Source: Acidimicrobiia bacterium (lineage in GTDB: Bacteria; Actinomycetota; Acidimicrobiia; Spongiisociales; UBA5794). From it: 64,000 nucleotides of DNA. This document shows positions 17,090 through 26,609 of the stretch, one piece after another. The position numbers were made by a program, and so were the translations under genes. Every line of letters begins with the position of its first letter. Within the stretch, counting starts at the first letter, position 1. Below the pieces are notes generated by a model, which saw nothing but the letters and a program-made list of their open reading frames with translations, was not told where the DNA came from and made no database searches. The DNA is taken from NCBI GenBank assembly GCA_041581135.1, contig JBFGCM010000001.1:32389-96388 (forward strand), given 5' to 3'.

Positions 17090-19396
17090 GTGCGGAAGAT
17101 CCTGCTCTCATTGCTCCTGATGGTCACCTCTTTGATCGTCGTTGCCGCGCCGGCGGCGGCGGCTCCCGCCGACATCATGGTCGGCGGCTTCTCGTCGACC
17201 GACAGCCACAAGTTCGCGGCCGGTAACCCACCCCAGTCGTGGGCTCCGGGCATCGACGTCGCCGGTCGGGAGACCGTGATCTATGACCAGCTCGTGGTGG
17301 CCGGGTACGACGTCTCGTGGATCTCCGACGCCGACATCACCAACCTGGGCACGTTGCGCACGCTCGATGCCGTGGTGCTGCCCTACACCATCGCCATGAG
17401 CGAAGCCGGGGGCCTGACCCTGTTGGAGTGGATTCGCGAGGGTGGCGCCCTGATTTCGTTGTTCGCTTCGCCCCGTGCGTTCCTCGACGAGGGTGAGTGG
17501 CAGCTGTGGATCATCGAGACCCAGGCACGGGCCTGGGAGTACGGCCCTCTCAACGAGGCGTACCAGACCGTCTTCACCAATGATCCCCAGATCAGCGACT
17601 ACAGCGTCGTGGAGGACGCCTCGACGCATCCCATCCTCGAGGCGGTGCGTTCCAACCTCGGCATCACCTCGATCCGGCTGGATCGTCCTCTGGGAAGCGG
17701 GGCCGAGTTCACAACGCCGATCAACACCAATGCCCAATCGATTCTCGAGTTCGAGATCAACGACCCGTCATGGCCCGAGTTCGACGGATTCACCGCCGCC
17801 CAGGCCACGACGTACGGCTACGGGCGCGTCGTGTACTTCGACTTCCCGATCGTCGACTATCTGCCGACCTACAACTTCACGCTGTCCAGCCAGACCCACG
17901 ACGGCGCCACCCAAGGGGACATCTTCAAGCACCTGTTGAACGAGTCGATCAACTGGGCGGTCGAGCCGGGTCTCGACTACGCCCCGGTGGTGAGCCGAGC
18001 AACGGCGTGGGCCGAGATCGACATCTACTCGAACTCCGTCTTCATGCGGCCCTACGTGGCGTTCTTTGGGGACCAGGCCTCCCGCGGCGATCTGACCCTC
18101 CGCATCTTCGACCCTGCAGGCGACCTGATGTGGTCGCATTTCCACCCGACCGTGGGCGCAGAACCGGGCATCGTCTTGGGGCCGGAGAAGTTCGGCACAC
18201 CACGGTGGGAGCCCGGCGTGACGCTCGACGACGGCGAGTACACCATCGAGGTCGAGTTCCGCTACGGCTACCCGGAGTACGACCGGTTGCACGTCCAGCA
18301 AGCACACCTCGTCCGCAAGCAGGGCACCAACTTGCTCACCCAGCCGCTGGCGGATCCCGTGGACGAGACCTTCGTCGGCGACTTCGACGGTGACGGCAAA
18401 GATGACGTCGCCACATTCCACACCGCCACCGGCAACTGGTTCGTGCAGCGGTCCGACGGTGCGTCGTTTGCCCCCGAGCACTGGGCCCACTTCTCCACGA
18501 CCACCGGCTGGGATCCGTTCCTGGTAGGCGATTTCACCGGTGACGGCAAGGACGACATCGCCGCCTATCACCCCGGCAGCGGCCGCTGGTGGATCATGCG
18601 ATCGAGCGGCCTCGAGTTCGGGCTCGAGCTGTGGGCCACGTTCAGCACGAAGACCGGCTGGGATCCGTTCCTGGTCGGCGATTTCACCGGTGACGGCAAG
18701 GACGACGTCGCCGCCTACTACGAGCCGCTGGGACGTTGGTGGGTGAACGCCTCCACCGGGTCGGGGTTCAACCCGGCACTGTGGTCGACGTTCGCCACGA
18801 CGTCGGGCTGGGACCCGATCCGGGTCGGCGACTTCGACGGTGACGGCAAGGACGACATCGTCGCCTACTACGAGGCGTTGGGACGTTGGTGGGTGAACCG
18901 CTCCAACGGCAGCAGCTTCGATCTGAGCCACTGGACGACATTCGGTACCAAGTCCGGGTGGGACCCGGTGCTGGTCGGCGATTTCACTGGTGACGGCAAG
19001 GACGACACGGCGTCGTACTACGAACCCCTGGGACGCTGGTGGATCAACGCGTCGACGGGCTCGGACTTCGTCCAGGCGCACTGGTCCACATACGCCACGA
19101 CGTCGGGTTGGACTCCGGTGACGGTGGGGGACTTCAACGCCGATGGCAAGGACGACATCGCCTCCTACTACGAGCCGCTGGGCCGCTGGTGGGTGAACAT
19201 CTCCGAGGGTGCTGGATTCGATCTCACCATGTGGGCCCAGTTCGGTACCGCGTCCGGCTGGAATCCACAGCTGGTCGGGGACTTCTCCGGAGACGGCCGG
19301 GACGACGTCGTGAGCTACTACCCGGCCACCAAGGACTGGTGGGTGTCCACCTCTGACGGCTCGGCATTCACGACGACTCGGTGGCTCGACGAGTAG
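17090..19396 (+). CDS. Secreted protein: N-terminal GATase1/ThuA-like domain plus seven FG-GAP/VCBS-type repeats (beta-propeller)
   Basis: GTG at 17090 gives the signal peptide VRKILLSLLLMVTSLIVVAAPAAAAPA. The C-terminal half carries seven GDF(D/T/N/S)GDG(K/R)DD units of about 48 aa each. Confidence 0.8.
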   Translation: MRKILLSLLLMVTSLIVVAAPAAAAPADIMVGGFSSTDSHKFAAGNPPQSWAPGIDVAGRETVIYDQLVVAGYDVSWISDADITNLGTLRTLDAVVLPYTIAMSEAGGLTLLEWIREGGALISLFASPRAFLDEGEWQLWIIETQARAWEYGPLNEAYQTVFTNDPQISDYSVVEDASTHPILEAVRSNLGITSIRLDRPLGSGAEFTTPINTNAQSILEFEINDPSWPEFDGFTAAQATTYGYGRVVYFDFPIVDYLPTYNFTLSSQTHDGATQGDIFKHLLNESINWAVEPGLDYAPVVSRATAWAEIDIYSNSVFMRPYVAFFGDQASRGDLTLRIFDPAGDLMWSHFHPTVGAEPGIVLGPEKFGTPRWEPGVTLDDGEYTIEVEFRYGYPEYDRLHVQQAHLVRKQGTNLLTQPLADPVDETFVGDFDGDGKDDVATFHTATGNWFVQRSDGASFAPEHWAHFSTTTGWDPFLVGDFTGDGKDDIAAYHPGSGRWWIMRSSGLEFGLELWATFSTKTGWDPFLVGDFTGDGKDDVAAYYEPLGRWWVNASTGSGFNPALWSTFATTSGWDPIRVGDFDGDGKDDIVAYYEALGRWWVNRSNGSSFDLSHWTTFGTKSGWDPVLVGDFTGDGKDDTASYYEPLGRWWINASTGSDFVQAHWSTYATTSGWTPVTVGDFNADGKDDIASYYEPLGRWWVNISEGAGFDLTMWAQFGTASGWNPQLVGDFSGDGRDDVVSYYPATKDWWVSTSDGSAFTTTRWLDE
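18361..19393 (+). repeat. Seven tandem ~145-nt coding repeats (FG-GAP-like blades)
   Basis: Repeats 2 and 3 are nearly identical at DNA level (ggctgggatccgttcctgg.(t/a).ggcgatttcaccggtgacggcaaggacgac). Confidence 0.85.
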
Positions 19397-19412
19397 CGGT
19401 AGATTCCCGCGG

Positions 19413-20423
19413 GTGCAGACATCCGCAGAACCGGTCCGGGTCGCAGTGGTCGGCCTGGGACGAATGGGCCGCTATCACCTCGATGTGCTCGCCGGCGTCG
19501 GAGAGCTCGATGTCGTTGCCGTCGCCGACGCCAGCAGGGACGCACTCGATGCCGTGGCTCCGCTGCTGCCGGCCGGAGCCACCGCCTACGGGGATGCCAC
19601 ATCGGCGTTCCGGCATCCGGGCGTCGAGGCGTGCCTGATCGCCACTTCGACCCCCACTCATCCCGAGCTGACCGCGGCCGCACTCGGGGGCGGGCTGCAC
19701 GTGCTGTGCGAGAAGCCCCTCACACTCCAGCCCGGTGCCGTGGATCTCGGTGGCATGGCTGCCGCACATGATCTCCTGCTGCAGATCGGGTTCTGGCGGC
19801 GCTTCTCCCCACCCTGGCTGCATGCCAAGCGCCTCATCGCCGAAGGGGCCATCGGGCAACCCCTCATGGTGCGGCTGGCCCAATGGGACGCCCATCCTCC
19901 ACCTCCCGAGTTCTGTGACCCGGCGGTGAGCGGGGGCTTGGCCATCGACTGTGGAGTCCACGAATTCGACCTGGCGGAGTGGCTCACGGGCCGCCACGTC
20001 ACTCAGGTGTGGAGTCGCGCACTTCCCGTGGTCGACGAGCGTCTGGCCGAGTGCGGTGATGTCGACAACCTGTTGGCGGTTCTGGACCTCGACGGCGGCG
20101 GCGTGGCGACGGTCGACCTCAGCCGCAACGCCCGCTACGGCGACGACGTGCGCACGGAGGTGCTGGGTTCCGAGGGGGCGCTCTTCATCGAGCTGCTGCC
20201 CACCGGTCGGGTCCGGTTGGCGAGTGGCGCCGGAGTGGAGCTGATCGAAGAGACTCCCGACGCCATGAGAGACGGCGTGGCACACCAGGCACGGGCTTTC
20301 GCCGCCGTGGTCCGCGGCCAGAAGCACGACCTCCCGGGGGCCGAGGCGAGCGATCGGGCGGTCCGCATCGGTCTCGCCGTGCAGCGGTCGGCGACCACCG
20401 GCTCAGCGCAAGTCGTTGCGTGA
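19413..20423 (+). CDS. Gfo/Idh/MocA family NAD(P)-dependent oxidoreductase
   Basis: Rossmann N-terminus is VRVAVVGLGRMGRYH and the EKP motif is VLCEKPL. Confidence 0.85.
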   Translation: MQTSAEPVRVAVVGLGRMGRYHLDVLAGVGELDVVAVADASRDALDAVAPLLPAGATAYGDATSAFRHPGVEACLIATSTPTHPELTAAALGGGLHVLCEKPLTLQPGAVDLGGMAAAHDLLLQIGFWRRFSPPWLHAKRLIAEGAIGQPLMVRLAQWDAHPPPPEFCDPAVSGGLAIDCGVHEFDLAEWLTGRHVTQVWSRALPVVDERLAECGDVDNLLAVLDLDGGGVATVDLSRNARYGDDVRTEVLGSEGALFIELLPTGRVRLASGAGVELIEETPDAMRDGVAHQARAFAAVVRGQKHDLPGAEASDRAVRIGLAVQRSATTGSAQVVA

Positions 20424-20426
20424 GCG

Positions 20427-21257
20427 TCACCGATCGCGTCTGAATCCGATCAACTCGATGGGTTGATCGCGGATCCACGCCACGAAGTCCGGGTCCATGA
20501 ACAGGTCGTACTCGGCGATGCGCCAGTCGGCGTCATTGGGGTGGACGGCTGAGATGTCGCCCGGGGCCGCGCAGTGCAACGAGAGGAACGTGGTGCCGTC
20601 TTCGGCTTCCGAGATGAGCCGCTCGAAGCTGGATCGAACCGGCGAGCCTTGGTGGCTGAGCCCCATCTCGAAGCGGTCGCCCACCGCCAGATCGGCTGCG
20701 GCAAGCCGCCGCCGCGCCTCCAGCACCCGCTCGATGTCGACGTCCTCCAGGTCGACGTCGTCGCAGTATCGCTCCATCGCAACCGGGAACAGCATGGGGA
20801 GGCCGTGGGCGATGGCCAGGTCCACCGTGTCGGCGACGAACTCGGGTGCCAGTGCGGCGCCCATGTGGTGGTCGAGATGCGTGACCTCGATCCCTGCGTC
20901 CACCGCCCTCGCAACTTGGGCGCGCAGCTCGGTGGCGACGGCCTCGGGATGGGCGTGGCGGCGCAGCTCGGTGGTGGTGCTCCACAGGTAGCCGTCGGTG
21001 TCGAAGAGTCCGGAGGCGACGGACGTGGTCGACAGCGGACGCCACCGGAAGGCCACTGACTCACTTGTCAACGCAAGGTGCACTCCGAGATCCAGGTCGG
21101 GGCGCCGGCGCGCCATGGCAGCCGCCTCCGGGAACCACGGGCTGGGAACGATCACCGAGCCCGAGACCTCGACGACGACGGCGGCCAGTTGCTCAATGGC
21201 GACGTTGGCGCCGTGGGCAGATGCCACGTCATCGACGTGGACGATCAGCTCTCGCAC
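20427..21257 (-). CDS. ChbG/YdjC-family carbohydrate deacetylase-like protein
   Basis: Contains LIVHVDDVASAHG and a HLDHHMG motif, typical of the YdjC fold. Confidence 0.65.
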   Translation of the reverse strand: MRELIVHVDDVASAHGANVAIEQLAAVVVEVSGSVIVPSPWFPEAAAMARRRPDLDLGVHLALTSESVAFRWRPLSTTSVASGLFDTDGYLWSTTTELRRHAHPEAVATELRAQVARAVDAGIEVTHLDHHMGAALAPEFVADTVDLAIAHGLPMLFPVAMERYCDDVDLEDVDIERVLEARRRLAAADLAVGDRFEMGLSHQGSPVRSSFERLISEAEDGTTFLSLHCAAPGDISAVHPNDADWRIAEYDLFMDPDFVAWIRDQPIELIGFRRDR

Positions 21258-21293
21258 GCGGCCGCGTCGTCTGTGTCGGCGAGCGACGGGCGC

Positions 21294-21539
21294 TCAGCCG
21301 GGAACGAGGAAGTCGTGGATCTTCTCGTTGGCGGCTTCCATCACTTGGAGGGCAAGGTCACCGAGTGCCCTGGCGATGGCCACTTCTTCTCCGATGACCG
21401 GCACGGGCCGATCGCTCGGGTTGCGTCGGGCCTTGCCCGTCGATTCGAAGTGATCGCCGCGTAGGAACAGCTCGGCACGAACCACCGTGTCGGTGTCGTC
21501 CTCCCAGATGTGGATCTCTACGTTGACGTCCGTCTCCAT
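21294..21539 (-). CDS. DUF1876 domain protein
   Basis: Trimmed to METDVNVEIHIWEDD, which is preceded by AAGGAGG. Contains GKARRNPSDRPVPVIGEEVAIARALGDLA, typical of DUF1876. Confidence 0.7.
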   Translation of the reverse strand: METDVNVEIHIWEDDTDTVVRAELFLRGDHFESTGKARRNPSDRPVPVIGEEVAIARALGDLALQVMEAANEKIHDFLVPG

Positions 21540-21633
21540 CTCGCCTCCTTGCCGGTCGCGCAAACGGGGCGTCTGCCCTCATGTTTCCCGGCTCCGACTG
21601 GCCATGCAAGGGGCATTTCGGCCCCATGGGGCC

Positions 21634-22365
21634 TCAGCGGCGGATCCGCAGCCGGCGCCGGAGTCGCTGCCACCGGGCCCGTCGCCCCGAGGGGAGGCCG
21701 GTCGAGCCCGGTGGTGGCGGTTGTGGCAGGACCCCGGGCGATGCTCCGATGTCGGCGGCCGGTAGGGCCTCATCTCGGGTATCTCCGGCGTCTTCGTCGG
21801 ACGTGGGGATGTCGGCGGAGGGCGCGTCAGGCGCCGATGGTGGGGTGGAAACGACCTCGGGCGTGATAGGCCGGCGAAGGGTGCTGAGCTGCTCGCGGAG
21901 GAACTGCACCTCCGTCTCCGCCTTGGCTGCTCGCTCCCGAGCCTCGGCGAGCTGTTGCCCTGCCTCGTGCAGGTTCCCAAGCTGGGTGAGCATGCGCTCC
22001 CACGCGTCGAGGGGGACGATCATCGTGCCTGGTGGGGGAGTGCCGGCCACGTCGTCGACGGGAGCGGTTGGGATTCGGCCCAGGCGCTCACCTCGGCTGC
22101 GGACCTCTGCCAGGGACACCATCCAGCGCCCGTCGATCACCTGGCCCGGGATCTTGCCCTTGCGAGCCCACGTGCGCACCGTGGACATCGGGATGCCGGT
22201 GGCCTCGTGGGCCTGTCGAATCGTCACCCACGTCGCCGGCGATGGGCTTCGGGTCGGTCCTTCGGTGGCACGCGCCGGAGGAGGCGGCGGCGGTACTGCC
22301 CGGCGGTGGCGCGCCAGCGTTTCGGCCTCCCAAACCAGTCCCGGGTCCCTCTCCACGTTCGGCAT
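21634..22365 (-). CDS. Helix-turn-helix (MerR/excisionase-type) DNA-binding protein with coiled-coil and Pro-rich tail
   Basis: The HTH is WVTIRQAHEATGIPMSTVRTWARKGKIPG. The gene is divergent from the BMC operon with a ~49-nt gap. Confidence 0.6.
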   Translation of the reverse strand: MPNVERDPGLVWEAETLARHRRAVPPPPPPARATEGPTRSPSPATWVTIRQAHEATGIPMSTVRTWARKGKIPGQVIDGRWMVSLAEVRSRGERLGRIPTAPVDDVAGTPPPGTMIVPLDAWERMLTQLGNLHEAGQQLAEARERAAKAETEVQFLREQLSTLRRPITPEVVSTPPSAPDAPSADIPTSDEDAGDTRDEALPAADIGASPGVLPQPPPPGSTGLPSGRRARWQRLRRRLRIRR

Positions 22366-22414
22366 GCTACGAGAGTGGCCGGCCCCTCGCTCTCTCTAGG
22401 ATGCGGCCGAGGAG

Positions 22415-23041
22415 TTGTGTGCACCAGTGACGCCTGAGCCAGTCGACATACCCCCGCCTGAGCCGTCGGAGGTGCGCGACCTGGTGCGGCGCATCGTCGA
22501 CGGGCTCTTGCAGGACGAGGCCGCTGCCGTGACGTCACCGCCGGCGCCGGAGGCTGAGCATGTGTCATCTTCGGTCCCGGGTCGGCTGCGGGTGGCGATC
22601 GGAGCCGACCACGGTGGGTACGCGATGAAGGAGCACCTGGCGTTCCGGCTCAGGGAGCGGGGCCACGATGTCTCGGACTGCGGCACGCACTCGACCGACG
22701 CCGTCGACTATCCGGACGTTGCGCTCGCCGTCGCCGAGTTGGTGGTGAGCGGAACATGCGACGTCGGCATCGTCGTCGACGGTGCCGGGATCGGGTCGGC
22801 GATGGCAGCCAACAAGGTCCCGGGAGTCCGGGCCGCACTGTGTTACGACCTGTCGACGGCCCGCAACAGCCGCGAACACAACCACGCTAACGTCCTCACC
22901 CTGGGCGCCGGCCTCATCGGCAATGGGCTGGCATGGCAGATCGTCGACGAGTGGCTGTCGGTGCCGTGGGGGGAAGGGCGGCATGCCAGGCGAGTGGCGA
23001 AGATCAGCGACATCGAGCGACGGTATGGCGGCAATGGATAG
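22415..23041 (+). CDS. RpiB/LacAB-family sugar-phosphate isomerase with ~55-aa N-terminal extension (BMC cargo candidate)
   Basis: The core is [11 protein letters not shown]...[17 protein letters not shown]...REHNHANVL. The extension contains [18 protein letters not shown]. The start is uncertain (TTG at 22415 or GTG at 22427). Confidence 0.85.
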   Translation: MCAPVTPEPVDIPPPEPSEVRDLVRRIVDGLLQDEAAAVTSPPAPEAEHVSSSVPGRLRVAIGADHGGYAMKEHLAFRLRERGHDVSDCGTHSTDAVDYPDVALAVAELVVSGTCDVGIVVDGAGIGSAMAANKVPGVRAALCYDLSTARNSREHNHANVLTLGAGLIGNGLAWQIVDEWLSVPWGEGRHARRVAKISDIERRYGGNG

Positions 23042-23888
23042 GGAACAGCTCATCGAGGCCGTCACGCGAGAGGTGCTGTCCGTGCTCGCCGGCGGGACCG
23101 ACCCCTGTGCCCACTGCGAGGGCAGTTGTGCCGCCCACAGCTCGGACCGGGTGCGCACGGTGGTTGCCAACGGCGCCGACCGGGTCTCGTTCAACGGCAA
23201 CGCCGCCGACGTTCCGCTCGACCTGGCCAGGTACATCGACCACACGTTGCTCAAGCCCGACGCCACCGCCTCTCAGATCGACAAGCTGTGCGCCGAAGCA
23301 GTCGAATACGGGTTCGCCTCGGTGTGCGTCAACCCCACCTGGATCCGCCGGGCCGCCTCCAAGGTGCGCGGCAGCGACGTGAAGGTGTGCTCGGTGATCG
23401 GGTTCCCGTTGGGGGCCACCACGCCGGAGATCAAGGCCATGGAGACCCGCAAGGCGCTCCGTGACGGGGCGCGGGAGATCGACATGGTCATCAACATCGG
23501 CGCCCTCAAGTCCGGCGACGCCGACCTCGTACGTGCGGACATCGCCAAGGTCGCCGAGGCGTCTCATGAGGTGGGTGCCATCACCAAGGTCATCATCGAG
23601 GCGGGTCTGCTCACCGACTACGAGAAGGTGCTGGCCTGCGCCCTCGCCAAGCAGGGCAAGGCCGACTACGTGAAGACCTCGACCGGCTTCGGGGCGGGTG
23701 GTGCCACCGTCTACGACGTGGCTTTGATGCGGGAAACCGTCGGACCCGAGATGGGCGTGAAGGCGTCAGGTGGCGTCCGCACCACCGAGGAGGCAGAGGA
23801 GATGATCGCCGCGGGAGCAACCCGCATCGGCGCTTCCGCGGGAATCAGCATCGTGAGCGGAGAAGGAGCCGGTGATGAGCGACATTGA
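23025..23888 (+). CDS. deoC: Deoxyribose-phosphate aldolase with N-terminal extension (BMC cargo candidate)
   Basis: The DeoC core is [19 protein letters not shown] and the Schiff-base Lys context YVKTSTGFG. The N-terminus is M(AAM)[20 protein letters not shown] followed by CAHCEGSC. An alternative ATG is at 23034. The gene overlaps the rpiB-like stop. Confidence 0.9.
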   Translation: MAAMDREQLIEAVTREVLSVLAGGTDPCAHCEGSCAAHSSDRVRTVVANGADRVSFNGNAADVPLDLARYIDHTLLKPDATASQIDKLCAEAVEYGFASVCVNPTWIRRAASKVRGSDVKVCSVIGFPLGATTPEIKAMETRKALRDGAREIDMVINIGALKSGDADLVRADIAKVAEASHEVGAITKVIIEAGLLTDYEKVLACALAKQGKADYVKTSTGFGAGGATVYDVALMRETVGPEMGVKASGGVRTTEEAEEMIAAGATRIGASAGISIVSGEGAGDERH

Positions 23889-24504
23889 TCTCAGGAGCTA
23901 CGCGTTCCTGGACAGCCTGCAGCCCCAGTACGCGGCATTCCTCGGCACTGTCGCCCAGGGATTCCTCCCACTGGCCGGGGACGCCTCGTTGTACGTCGAG
24001 GTGGCGCCGGGCATCGAGATCAACCGGCTCACCGATGTCGCGCTGAAGTCCACCAAGGTCAAGCCCGGGATGCAGATCGTCGAGCGCTACTACGGCATGC
24101 TGGAGATCCACTCACCTGACCAGCACGAGACCCGCGCCGCCGGTGAAGCGATCCTCGAGGCCATCGGGAAGACCGAGCCCGACCGGCTCAAGCCGCGGAT
24201 CCTCTCCAGCCAGGTGATACGGCGGGTCGATGACCACCAGACGCAGCTCATCAACCGGGTCCGCCACGGCAACATGCTCATACCGGGACAGACCTTCTAC
24301 GTCTTGGAGTGCGAGCCGGCGGCGTACGCCCCCCTCGCCGCCAACGAGGCAGAGAAGGCGGCCGACATCAACGTGCTCGAGGTGCGCGCCTTCGGCTCGA
24401 TGGGGCGGGTCTACCTCGGCGGCGAGGAACGCGACATCGATGTGGGATGGCGTGCCGCCGTCGCCGCGCTGGAAGGGCTCGAAGGCCGCGAAGCCAGCAA
24501 GTGA
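23875..24504 (+). CDS. BMC-T shell protein, tandem permuted BMC domains (CcmP/CsoS1D-like, double-stacking type)
   Basis: [53 protein letters not shown]...[24 protein letters not shown]...AANEAEKAA closely parallels CcmP as I remember it. Confidence 0.85.
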   Translation: MSDIDLRSYAFLDSLQPQYAAFLGTVAQGFLPLAGDASLYVEVAPGIEINRLTDVALKSTKVKPGMQIVERYYGMLEIHSPDQHETRAAGEAILEAIGKTEPDRLKPRILSSQVIRRVDDHQTQLINRVRHGNMLIPGQTFYVLECEPAAYAPLAANEAEKAADINVLEVRAFGSMGRVYLGGEERDIDVGWRAAVAALEGLEGREASK

Positions 24505-24547
24505 ACGACGAGAATCCACCAGAACGAGAGACAAAGGAGAAGCGTCA

Positions 24548-24850
24548 ATGGCAGAAGCCCTTGGGATGATCGAGACCCGCGGCTTCGCTGCGATGGTCGA
24601 GGCGTCCGATGCCATGGTCAAGGCAGCGAAGGTGGAGCTGGTCTCCTACGAGAAGACCGGCGGTGGGTATGTCACCTCGGTCGTCCGTGGCGATGTGGCA
24701 GCCGTCAAGGCGGCGGTCGACGCCGGCATTCGCAGCGCAGAGAAGGTGGGCGAGGTCATCTCCAGCCACGTCATCGCTCGGCCGCATCTCAACATCGACC
24801 TGGTGCTGCCACTGGGGCGGGCCGACGAGGCCCAAGCCGAGCTCGGCTAG
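24548..24850 (+). CDS. BMC-H hexameric shell protein (PduA/CcmK type)
   Basis: [57 protein letters not shown] is a canonical BMC domain. AAGGAG precedes the ATG. Confidence 0.95.
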   Translation: MAEALGMIETRGFAAMVEASDAMVKAAKVELVSYEKTGGGYVTSVVRGDVAAVKAAVDAGIRSAEKVGEVISSHVIARPHLNIDLVLPLGRADEAQAELG

Positions 24851-24864
24851 ACGGACACCACGCC

Positions 24865-25152
24865 GTGCATCTGGGACGTGTCGCCGGCACGCTGGTTGCG
24901 AGCCGCAAAGACCCTCACATGGAGGGGATGACCTTTCTCGTCCTTCGCCAGTTGGACGTGGCCGCCGAGGAGACCGGCGGCTACGTGGTCGCGGTCGATG
25001 CCGTGGGAGCCGGTGTCGGAGAGGTGGTGATGTACGCCTCCGGTAGCTCGGCGCGCCAGACGGTGCTCACCAAGGACCGCCCGTGCGACGCGGTGATCAT
25101 GGCCATCGTGGACACGTGGGAGGTCGACGGGGACGAGGTCTACCGCAAGTGA
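24865..25152 (+). CDS. BMC-P pentameric vertex protein (EutN/CcmL family), copy 1
   Basis: (M)[30 protein letters not shown]...[14 protein letters not shown]...AIVD. The start is GTG. Confidence 0.9.
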   Translation: MHLGRVAGTLVASRKDPHMEGMTFLVLRQLDVAAEETGGYVVAVDAVGAGVGEVVMYASGSSARQTVLTKDRPCDAVIMAIVDTWEVDGDEVYRK

Positions 25153-26609
25153 AGATCGACGACCAGGAGATCCAAGCGATCATCGAGCGGGTCCGCAGCC
25201 GGCTCGGTGATGCCGAGGGGTCCTTGCGGCCCGCAGCCACCATGCGCGCCCAGTCACAGGTGGCGGCGTCGGCGGTGGAGTACGGCGACGGCATCCATCG
25301 GACGGTGGATGCTGCGGTGGCCGCCGCCGCCAGGGCGTTCGTCCACTACCGCGAAATGGGGTTGGAGAAGCGGCGCGAGATCATCGAATCCATCCGGCGC
25401 TCCATGTCCGACCACGGGGAGCAGCTGGCCTACATGGCTCACGCCGAGACCGGTCTGGGACGGCCGGAGGACAAGGCCGTGAAGAACCGGTTGGTGACCA
25501 CCAAGACCCCCGGACCCGAGGACCTGGAGCCTCAGGCCGTGACTGGAGATTCCGGGATGATGGTCACCGAGTTCGCCCCCTATGGCGTGATCGCGGCCAT
25601 CACGCCCACCACGAACCCCACGTCGACGATCATCAACAACACCATCGCCATCCTCTCGGCCGGCAACGCAGTCGTCTTCAACGTGCACCCCAATGCCAAG
25701 AGCGTGTCCGCCGAGAACGTGCGCCTGCTGAACCGAGCGATCGTCGCCGCCGGCGGGCCTGAGGATCTCGTAACGGCGATTCCCGACCCCACCATCGACA
25801 GCGCCAAGGCGGTGATGCACCATCCCGATGTGCGCCTGTTGCTCGTGACGGGTGGCCCCGGGGTGGTTCGCGAGGCGCTGAACACCGACAAGAAGGTGAT
25901 CGCCGCCGGGCCGGGCAATCCGCCGGCCGTGGTGGACCAGACCGCCGATGTGGAGCAAGCGGGTCGCGACATCGTGCGGGGCGCCTCGTTCGACAACAAC
26001 GTCATCTGCACCGACGAGAAGACCACGATCGCCGTCGATACGGTTGCCGACCGTCTCGTCCAGTCGATGGCGGCCAACGGCGGGTACCGCTTGAAGGAAC
26101 ACGAGATCAAGAAGCTGGAGCGCGTCATCTTCCGTGAGCTGGGCCCACCCAACAAGCCGGGGATGATCAACCCGGCCTGGATCGGCAAGAACGCCGGGGC
26201 GATCCTCGCCGAGATCGGCATCCAGGTGGACCGCGACGTGCGCCTCCTCATCGCCGAGGTGCCGGTGGAGCACAACCTGGTGTGGACCGAACAGATGATG
26301 CCGGTGATGCCGGTGGCCCGAGTCCAGAACGTGGACGACGCCATCTCGCTGGCGGTCCGCTCCGAACACGGATTCCGTCACACGGCCTCCATCCACTCGA
26401 CGAACGTCGACACCATCACCCGCATGGCGCGAGCCATGAACTGCTCGATCTTCGTGGCCAATGCTCCCAACTACGCCGGGCTCGGCGAGGGTGGTGAGGG
26501 CTTCACGTCGTTCTCCATCGCCAGCCCGACCGGTGAGGGACTCACCCGCCCGCGCTCGTTCTCCCGAGTGCGGCGCGTCTCGGTGGTTGGCGCCCTCCGG
26601 ATCGTGTAG
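25149..26609 (+). CDS. CoA-acylating aldehyde dehydrogenase (PduP/EutE-like) with N-terminal encapsulation-peptide-like helix
   Basis: GTG at 25149 overlaps the upstream stop (GTGA). The N-terminus is [20 protein letters not shown]. The core has [15 protein letters not shown], the catalytic Cys context [11 protein letters not shown], and [11 protein letters not shown]. Confidence 0.9.
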   Translation: MKIDDQEIQAIIERVRSRLGDAEGSLRPAATMRAQSQVAASAVEYGDGIHRTVDAAVAAAARAFVHYREMGLEKRREIIESIRRSMSDHGEQLAYMAHAETGLGRPEDKAVKNRLVTTKTPGPEDLEPQAVTGDSGMMVTEFAPYGVIAAITPTTNPTSTIINNTIAILSAGNAVVFNVHPNAKSVSAENVRLLNRAIVAAGGPEDLVTAIPDPTIDSAKAVMHHPDVRLLLVTGGPGVVREALNTDKKVIAAGPGNPPAVVDQTADVEQAGRDIVRGASFDNNVICTDEKTTIAVDTVADRLVQSMAANGGYRLKEHEIKKLERVIFRELGPPNKPGMINPAWIGKNAGAILAEIGIQVDRDVRLLIAEVPVEHNLVWTEQMMPVMPVARVQNVDDAISLAVRSEHGFRHTASIHSTNVDTITRMARAMNCSIFVANAPNYAGLGEGGEGFTSFSIASPTGEGLTRPRSFSRVRRVSVVGALRIV

